64,000 nt of DNA. Source: Octopus vulgaris. Lineage: Eukaryota. Shown here piece by piece: positions 55,122-64,000 of the stretch. Where the stretch lies: assembly GCA_951406725.2 (NCBI GenBank), contig OX597815.1, positions 198,524,001 to 198,588,000 of the forward strand, read 5' to 3'. The first letter of the stretch is position 1, and the number at the start of each line of letters is the position of its first letter. The notes beneath the pieces were generated by a model, which was not told the origin of the DNA, searched no databases, and saw only the letters and a program-made list of their open reading frames with translations. Position numbers and translations under genes: made by a program.

Positions 55122-55270
55122 TATAAAAGCCATCTCAATATGGCTAACCACAAAGGGGGGGGGGGTGTTACTGTAGCTTTTTAGCCCCAGGAGATCATCG
55201 ATGATCTCCTGGGGCTAAAAGCTACAGTAACACCCCCCTTGTGGTTAGTCATATTGAGATGGCTTTTATA
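55122..55270. repeat. Near-perfect ~150-bp palindrome (foldback/MITE-like)
   Basis: tataaaagccatctcaatatggctaaccacaa...ccccaggagatcatc|gatgatctcctgggg...ttgtggttagtcatattgagatggcttttata; arms differ by one substitution and homopolymer lengths. Confidence 0.93.
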
Positions 55271-56488
55271 AACTTATTTTCCTTTAACAGGAATATTATT
55301 GACAGAAAATTTGAAGACAGGCCAACATCTTGGCTTTGTATTGTCTCTGTTACAATGTTCTAGGGTTACCAAAATTCTGCTGAATGATAATTATGCCATA
55401 CGTTATGTTGCGGTGATAAAGATGGTACGAACAATTTTTATTGATTAAATTTTCGGAATTACTACTATTTTGTTCATGCATATATATAGCTTTGTATGTT
55501 TATACGTCCCATCTTCAGGTCAAAGTGTTTCACAAAAGCGTGTAGCAAGCTTTTAAGTCAGCAGAGCTGTCACATGGTTCAGTTGTTGTTGCTTACATAA
55601 AGATATAAACAGGATGTATAACTTTTGATTTGAAAACGTCCAAATTTTCAATCTCAATTTATATGTGTAATTTTTGTATTTTAGCTTTTAAGAATTTGGT
55701 ACTTAAGGGAATACAAAGGAATGTTAGTGAGGCTGATTTGATTGGCACATTAGTATTATCTATGCTTATATATATATATATTTAGACAGTGTTTCTCAAC
55801 AATTAAATATGTCACAGTGATATTAGTACGAAGAATTTGCTGAACAAATGTTTTAATGTTCACAAAAGTATGCAGGTAGGTCTCGAGGTTGTTGGTCAGC
55901 ATAAGCGTCTGTAGTGGAACATCATTCTACAAAAAATATTTGGTTGCGATCTATAAAACTTAAAGTATGTATTAAAGGAGGCAGAGTTTGTAAACTGTTT
56001 TTAATAGATATTTCTATATCCGGTATAAGACATGGGAACATTATATATTAAAAGGTGCGAAACGCGTGCATTATAAAGAGTACGAAGGGAATTCTAAACC
56101 AGATTTCTTCCTTATTTTCCTTGTAGAAATATATATTGGTGTGGATTTTAGGTGTGATGACTTGTTTCAGAAAATTAAATGGAAATTAACGTAGTTAATT
56201 TCGTCTTCATTTGTTAAGTGTATTAGTTTGTAATCTGTGTTATTATGAAGGCATACATGTATGCATATATATATATAGTCAATAATAAAAGGGTAAAATT
56301 AATTAATTATTAATTAATTTTACCAAGTAGTGTTCAGTATGTAAAACGACCATTTACGGTATATTTAAAACATTATGTTTTCTTATAGTAGAAGAAATAG
56401 CTAAAATGTTTTGGCTGCTATTACTAAAAGTTCGGTGTGTGGTAAAATAATTTTTTTTACTGAACCCTAATTATATAACGTAATGTTT

Positions 56489-56548
<60 letters not shown>

Positions 56549-57249
56549 GAGAGAGAGAGAGAGAGAGGAGAGAGATATGCAACAGCCTCCTATACAGTAT
56601 GGCAAATTCTGGTCTCGGGCGATCGTAAAAAAAAACTTATCCAAGACAACACGCAATGGAATCGAAACTAGAAGGACATGGTTACCAATTACAATTGTCA
56701 CCCCACTCGGTTATTCCTACGACAAAACCTAAGTGTTTCATGCGAATATAAATTCTGGAGATTAGATTATCATTTAATTCTATCGCGGTTTTGTATTTTC
56801 GGTAGATAACAATCAACCAGCAAATAAACATGAATAGAGTGGCACTTTTCTGTTGTTATTTTTTTAAAAATAGTTTTCAATGCTATTTCATCAGATAATT
56901 TACGTTTCTATAAAAGCGTATATCAAGATTCTATAACTTCCTATTACACATTGATATGATTTGGAATTAGTATATTCTTTTGGAAAAAGAAATGAACATT
57001 GCTGCTAATATTGTTGAGAGAAAATTTTCCATTATATGTTTTATTATTATTCATACTTATTTTCCATGTTGCTGTCGTCGTTTTTGATAATTCAGCTGTT
57101 GTTCTGCATGTTCTGAACATACTATGGTGGTGAAAGTTTGCTGTAGCAGTGACATGAAGTTTTTGTTTTACTTGCAATCTTCATGTAGGAAATGCCGACA
57201 AAAAATTGAAGGGGAGAGAGAGAAATAAGTGAAAGCGAGAGGAAAAACC

Positions 57250-58062
57250 GAATCTAGTATCTGACTGGTATTTTATTTACCGATCCGCCGAGGTCGACTT
57301 TGCCTTTCTTCCTTTCGGGGTCGATAAATTAAGTACCAGTTACGCACTGGGGTCGATGTAATCGACTTAATACTTATGTCTGTCCTTGTTTATCCCCTCT
57401 GTGTTTAGTCCCTTATGGGTAATAAACAAATAGGTATTTTATTTACCGACACCGAATTGATAAATGGCAAATTGGGTCTCGGTGAGCTTGCAACGGATAC
57501 TGCTTCATAGCACTATAACCTGATAATTGGGACAAAATTGCTTGCTTAGTTATTAAATAATGGTATATTCTCTCTAGTATAAACAGAATCCTTATGTCTG
57601 AATGAAGGAGAATAATCCATCCCAGTAAAATACGATTTTATTCAATCTAGAGTGGTAAAATACAAAACTGACCTCGGCAGGATTTGAACTCAGAACGTAA
57701 TGAACAGCGAAAAATGGCGCAAATTAATTTATCCGACGGTCTAACGATTTTCCAATCTACTACTCGACTTATCTCCCTTGAACAGTAGTTAGTTCATCAA
57801 ACCCTTAAATGTTAATTATATCTCGATTCATTAACGGGCATGTAACAAGCGGCGATCCAGTTGAAGACCTTAATTTTGTACACTACTCTTTTATATATAT
57901 TTTTTTATTGCCCAGAAGAGGCTAAACATAGAGGGGACAAACAAGGACAGACAAAGGGATTAAGTTTATTACATCGACCCTAGTGCATAACTGGTACTTA
58001 ATTTATCGACCTCAAAAGAATGAAAGGAAAAGTTGACCTTGGCGGAATTTGAACTCAGAACG
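57250..58062. mobile_element. SINE group B cluster: + 57284-57432 inserted in a decayed minus copy; - 57600-57770; - 57900-58062
   Basis: 17-bp TSD ggtattttatttaccga at 57267-57283 and 57433-57449; cores aaagttgaccttggcggaatttgaactcagaacg. Confidence 0.85.
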
Positions 58063-58377
58063 AAGTATGGAAATCTTATATAGTTACTTGCTTTTGGTAA
58101 TTTAAGATTCTTGTGTGTATGTTTATTCATTGTTCGGTCAGGTTCTGTTGCTTTTGTTGATTAGCTCGAGTTCAACGCTTTTTGCTCACACCTATGATAA
58201 AAGTAGATCCAGGCACGAAAAAACATACGACACTCTGCATAGGTCTGTATTCCAATGTGTTCCTTCTTTCAAGACATTACACATTAATTTCGGTGAGGAA
58301 CTAACTCTACTATTTCTAGCAAATTTCCAACAGCCCTGTGGAAACGTATATCAGAATGGAGAAGTTGTAATCTTCAG

Positions 58378-58972
58378 GGTGACAAGCAGGCAGAAACGTT
58401 AGAACGCCGGGCGAAATGCTTAGCGGTATTTCGTCTGCTGCAACGTTCTGAGTTTAAATTCCGCCGAGGTCGACGTTGCCTTTCATCCTTTCAGGGTCGA
58501 TTAAATAAGTACCAGTTACGCACTAGGGTCAATATAATCGACTAAATCCGTTTGTCTATACGTGTTTGTCCTCTCTGTGTTTAGCCCCTTGTGGGTAGTA
58601 AAGAAATAGGTATTTTGTCTGCCAGCAATATTCTGAGTTCAAATTCCACCGAGGTGAACTTTGCCTTTCATCCTTTCGGGATCGATAAATTAAATACCTG
58701 TTACGCATTGGGGTCTATGTAATTGACTTAATCCGTTTGTCTTGTTTGTCCCCTCTGTGTTTAGCCCCTTGTTGGTAGTAAAGAAATAGGTATTTCGTCT
58801 GCCGCAACGTTCTGAGTTCAAATACCGCCGAGGTGAACTTTGCCTTTCATCCTTTCGGGATCGATAAATTAAATACCAGTTTCGCACTGGGGTCGATGTA
58901 ATTGACTTAATCCGTTCGTCTTGTTTGTCTCCTCTGTGTTTAGCCCCTTGTGGTTAGTAAAGAAATAGGTAT
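58378..58972 (+). mobile_element. SINE group B head-to-tail trimer
   Basis: One head, then ~180-bp units starting ggtatt at 58425, 58609 and 58789, each ending aaagaaata. Confidence 0.93.
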
Positions 58973-59254
58973 CTAATCGTGATTCAGTCGTTGTATGCCA
59001 GTTGTTTTTGGTGGCGGTGTGTATTTCAGTAAGGATTAGGAATGGGGTCTAACGAAGTAATCGATATTGTTTCCATACATGGCGTCATCATCAAGTTATC
59101 ACGCAATTCGAAATTTTCAAGTTTTTAGTTTTTATAACTTTAGTTCTATATATGTTATAAAGAACATTTAGACGCCTTTTTTCATTTATTTAATCGTTCT
59201 CAATCAAAATCATTTATTAATTATAATTATTTATTAATTTTTCAAAAGATTTAT

Positions 59255-59450
59255 AATTACTTCAACTTTATTTTATGGGCACATGTAAAGACTAATGTTT
59301 ATTCAACCAAATATTATTTTAATGTGAAGCACGCTTTGGACAACGAATGATATTCAGAACATAATAGAAAACCAACAACAAATCGTATTTCCAGCACATC
59401 AGAATTATATCACAGTTTGTGTACGTAAAACAGTCCCAAAATAAATTTAT
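59255..59450 (+). mobile_element. Tc1/mariner-superfamily transposase C-terminal trace
   Basis: FNFILWAHVKTNVYST resembles the DFFLWGYLKxxVY motif. Confidence 0.4.
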
Positions 59451-60039
59451 TTTAAAATGCCATATATTATGACAAATTATTTTGGTTATTCAGGGATTAC
59501 TTCTGCCATAGAGAGAAACGAACTTACGCAACGCTAAAATTAAACAACGTGCTTAAAATGACTCTGCACTGAATGCATGTGACAACGAGGAAATGAAGTT
59601 AGAATCGACAACAGTAATGTTTAGGGAAGGCAGGAGTAGACGTAAGATAAGGAAATTTGTTTCGCATTGTCTTGTGTGTTTCTCATTGTATTGTATCTTG
59701 TGCTTTTTTGTTTCCTCATTCTTGAGTAGATTTTATTGTAAATGAAATCAGTTTGGTGAAAACATAGGAAGACATTTCTGTAGATTGTAGTCTTCCATCG
59801 ATCATTTTTGGTCGTGTATCTGCCTATGTATGTCCGTATTTATACATTATATTTTAAGAAAGTTGCTGGTTGCTCGTAAATGCAGGACACCTTTTTTCCA
59901 ACCTACCGAGGTTTATCTAATTGAAATACCATTAGTTTGGGCTGGCACACTTTTCGCCAGCGTCTGAGGAGTCGTTGCAGAAGAAACTTTTGGAGCCAGA
60001 CCCGATACTGCGATGTCTCCTTGTTCCACCAACCGTCCG

Positions 60040-60635
60040 CTCCGGATTGATGTACTTTTTTCAGTCGCAAAAAGGTGTAAAGCAAAGTTGACCGCGTTGA
60101 GACTGAACTCAGAGTGCAGAGCATTGAAACGAATGTAGCAAAGCAGTCTACTAAACATTTAATGTCTGTTCCAATATGAACTGAAATGTATTTACATACA
60201 ATTCAAAAAGCAAACGTTGTTACATATTGTATTATACTATTTTGGCCGGAAAATTTTAATAAGCTTCTTGCGAAATACCAGCCATTTGATATTAATTGAA
60301 TGCGTGTGTCGCCTAGATTTACTGAACAAGGATGCGTGTATTATCAAAAATGTCAAAGCAACCAGCATCTTTTATGTCTTGTTTTATATATTCTTCTTGA
60401 GGTCCTTCATCAGCCACCATATTTTTATACATTGCTATGAAAAACCATATTCCGTTTGGGACTAAGCCACAAGTGTCGATTATATCGACACTTGTATTCA
60501 CTTGGTAATTGTATTATCGAAGTATAAGTGGTAAAGTCGACCTCGGCGGAATTTGAACAGAGAACGCAGACAGACGAAATGCCGCTAAGTATTCTATCAA
60601 GAAAGCTAACTATTCTGCTTAATCACCGCCATAGC
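60040..60635 (-). mobile_element. Two decayed SINE group B-related copies (~60040-60155 and ~60460-60635)
   Basis: aaagcaaagttgaccgcgttgagactgaactcag and taaagtcgacctcggcggaatttgaac...gccgctaag. Confidence 0.6.
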
Positions 60636-61529
60636 TGATCTTATAATATTTACTTGTCACATACATAATATCTGGCTAGGATGGAGACATAATGTGCTGC
60701 TCTGGATTGGCTAGAATTAACATCAAAATGTTAATATATACAACCATTAACATCATAACAATGAAAAAATTGTCCAAAGGAGATCTTTGATCACAAATCT
60801 TTTTAATCAGGCTGACGCAGCTAAAGAACGACAGCAACACAAAAAAAATTCCTTTCCTTTAACTGAGATGAAAAACAAAAGGAAAATGGCCGTTATCCCG
60901 ACGGTCGATATATTTAAATTAACAAAATTCTTTTTCAACAGAGAAAAGAAACAGTTCTTATAGCTCTCTTTAAGACATTCCATATACATATATATATATA
61001 TACATACATATAACCATGCTCGTATATATTTACTTCAATAAAATAAGAGATAGACAGACTGTTGGTAATGTATGTATGCATGTATAACATTCTCCATTAT
61101 TATCTTTATTTATGATTTTTCTTCTCTTTCTCTTTCCTTTCTTACGTTTCTTTCGATTTTTACAAAACATTTCTTCTTGGAGTTTGGGATACTAATTTAG
61201 CTTTTTGAGACAGCTTTTAGCTGAGTACAAAGTCAAAGGCCATTCTACTAATGGGAAAACATGGCCCAATATTCTAAGTGATATTTTAACTGTTTTTTCA
61301 CCACTTTCAATATCTTGGAAATATTTCAAAAGAAAAGCCGTCTCTATCCGTTAGAAAATGAAAGGCAATTGTCGATATGTTGTCAAGCTGTGTCTGCTTA
61401 CTGAATTAAGGATAATACCTGTAGCAAATCTCGTTTACCATCTTGTTTGCTTCTTGCTGCATGAATTCCAATTCTCTCTCTTTCTCATTTTCTCTCTCTC
61501 TTTTCTCTCTCATTCTCTATTACTCCCAT

Positions 61530-61829
61530 TTTATATATATGCGTGATTTTCTGTGTTTGTGTGTGTGTGTATGTGTGTGTATGCGTGTATGTCACTGTCT
61601 GTATAAATATATTTGTGTAGATATTGTATATATGCATATATAAGTACATATACATTAAGGTATGACTATTTATATATGTATATATATACACACACAGACA
61701 AAGAGACATACATAATGCACGCGCATATATGTATGCATATATGCATCCATATATATATATACACACATACATATATACATATACATATATACATATATAC
61801 ATATACACACCTATATATATGTATGTATG

Positions 61830-61894
<65 letters not shown>

Positions 61895-61906
61895 TTATAT
61901 ACACAC

Positions 61907-61946
<40 letters not shown>

Positions 61947-62080
61947 TTATATACACACATATACATATATATATATACATATGTACATACTGATATACGT
62001 ATATATATATATATATATATATGCATATTTTCCCACACACACACACACATATATATATACATATGTACATACTGATATAC

Positions 62081-62117
<37 letters not shown>

Positions 62118-62270
62118 TATTTTCCCACACACACACATATATATATATACATATATACATATACATAAATATTCATATAAATACATAAATATATATATAT
62201 ACATATACTTACTTACATATACATATATACTTACATACACACACACACATATATATGCGTATGTGTGTTT
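61530..62270. repeat. Compound (TA)/(CA) microsatellite with a duplicated higher-order unit
   Basis: catatgtacatactgatatacg(TA)n gcatattttccc(AC)n occurs twice (61978, 62060). Confidence 0.9.
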
Positions 62271-64000
62271 TTTTCTCGCAAAATATATGTTCAATGCAAC
62301 AATATTAGTTTAGCTAACGGCGTCCCATTTTTACAAATTTATACTGTTTTTTTCTTTAACTCACACGCTCACAGATTACACATACATACAAACACAATAC
62401 ATGAAATATTCGAACATACCTACACACAGACAAAGCAAGTATTTTTCCTAGAGTATATACATCCCCACCAATCTGTACGTGTGTGTGTATTATTTTCATT
62501 TCAGCGAGCATAGTCTGAAAATAGTTATACATTATTTTTTTATCGTATTTATATATTTAATCATTCACTCCCCCACCTCGCAACTTCTGTGTTGTTGTTT
62601 CTTTTTTTATCAGAATTTACAGTCTATATGTTTTAGTATAGAGTACTTTTTTTTTTCCCTTTTTCTTCATTCTTTGTCTATGCAATTAATTATTTTCTCG
62701 CTCCATTTCTTGTCTTTGTCATAAACATTTCTCTATTATATTTGTGGTTGATGCACAAGTTGTCCCAGGTTGTTCTTGAGTAGCTGTTTTTCCCTTTTTT
62801 TTTTGTATCTTCTCTTCTTTTACATATTGATTTTTGTAGACTAGTCACAAGGGATAGGAATGCTATTGTGTCACGTCCCAACTTTCTTTACTAGTGTTAG
62901 TAGCAAATGTAAAGAACAAACAGTTTCAAACTGAAAAGCTTAAACTGCATTTTTTCTAATTTCTAATTTAGGCACCTTGCCAAAAATTCTTAGAAAGGTT
63001 GAAAGAAATAATAGAAAAATATAAAACAGTTGTCTTCCACTTGGTATCGAAACAAGTTTTTCTGACTCATTTCTAAGGCTTAAATGATTGAAACAGTCCA
63101 ATTCCAAATAAAAAGAGTTGGTTATAAGTATATACTGACGAAAACATGAATTTATGGGAAATTAGTTCTGTCATTTTCCTCGATCAGTTTTTTAACAATA
63201 TCTTGCACTTTAAATGTATAGCAAGATAGATCTACATTCTTTACTTCGTCAATAGAAACACCAAATTTCATGACTGTTTTAGCCTATAGCGAATCTCCCT
63301 CTTCGTATCTCCGTAAATTATGCTTAGGCTATGTGTTATTTTATATTTGTGACTGCTTTTAGTCTGGATTACATATAACACAAAAAATAACAAGGAAAAC
63401 AGAGAAATAAGAAACGAAAATTTATTTTAATAATGTTATGTTTAAATCATTGCTTACGAATTCCAACAAATACTTTTGCTTCATGAGTTAGTACACAGAC
63501 GGTAGATATATAGTTGTTTTTGATATGCGAACTGGAATTTTGAAGTTGAAAGACTAGAAATACCCCTCGTTTATATATAAGCACTAATTATATGCTTGCA
63601 TGTATTTATGTATGCATATATGTATATATGTATCAATGCATGTTAAAATATATACGCATATACACACACACGTATATAAATCACCATTTTTATATATTGG
63701 AATATACGTTCTAAATTTTAGATATTTTTAAAACACAACTATATTCGAGGTTAATCGTTTTAGAAGTAGTTTGTCCTTTGTTCCAAGTAATAAATTTCCG
63801 TATGTTCCATCTAATCTATTTAGAAAATGTTTTATATTTTTGGAGATTTTCACACCAGAAATAAAACGTTAGATTTCCACCTCATCAAATGCGATTTACA
63901 TTTGGCTGAAGACGTGTAAATCAAATGACATCAATACGTATCTTACGACATTCATAAAATTCCGGCGGTAAATCAAACATAATTAAATTTCACCTAGTGA

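Noticed and set aside
58425-58972. Regularly spaced repeats as a CRISPR-like array
   Set aside because: Whole ~180-bp units repeat with no unique spacers; eukaryotic SINE multimer

Overview
AT-rich, microsatellite-dense eukaryotic non-coding DNA. From the SINE families and the (TA)n/(CA)n/(CATA)n load it is most likely an octopus (coleoid cephalopod) intron or intergenic region; this is inferred from recognition, not from a search. I find no intact host protein-coding gene, and nearly all ORFs in the track are translations of microsatellites or SINEs. The window is a layered graveyard of mobile elements. It holds three tRNA-headed SINE groups (called A, B and C here), two decayed mariner transposons, a Tigger/pogo-type MITE, a Helentron-associated (DINE-1/HINE-like) element, remnants of RTE, CR1/L2 and R4/Dong-like LINEs, and Penelope-like fragments beside (TA)n tracts. 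The most notable observations are: (i) several minimal type I hammerhead-ribozyme motifs with palindromic stem III, best at 35044-35135 (+) and 22137-22182 (-); (ii) a perfect 71-bp inverted repeat in apparently unique sequence (35710-35780 / 36610-36680); (iii) an R4/Dong-like element embedded in a (CATA)n tract; (iv) a ~150-bp near-perfect palindrome at 55122-55270; (v) head-to-tail SINE multimers rejoining at GGTAT. None of these amounts to a proven new biological system. Boundaries of decayed elements are approximate, read by eye.
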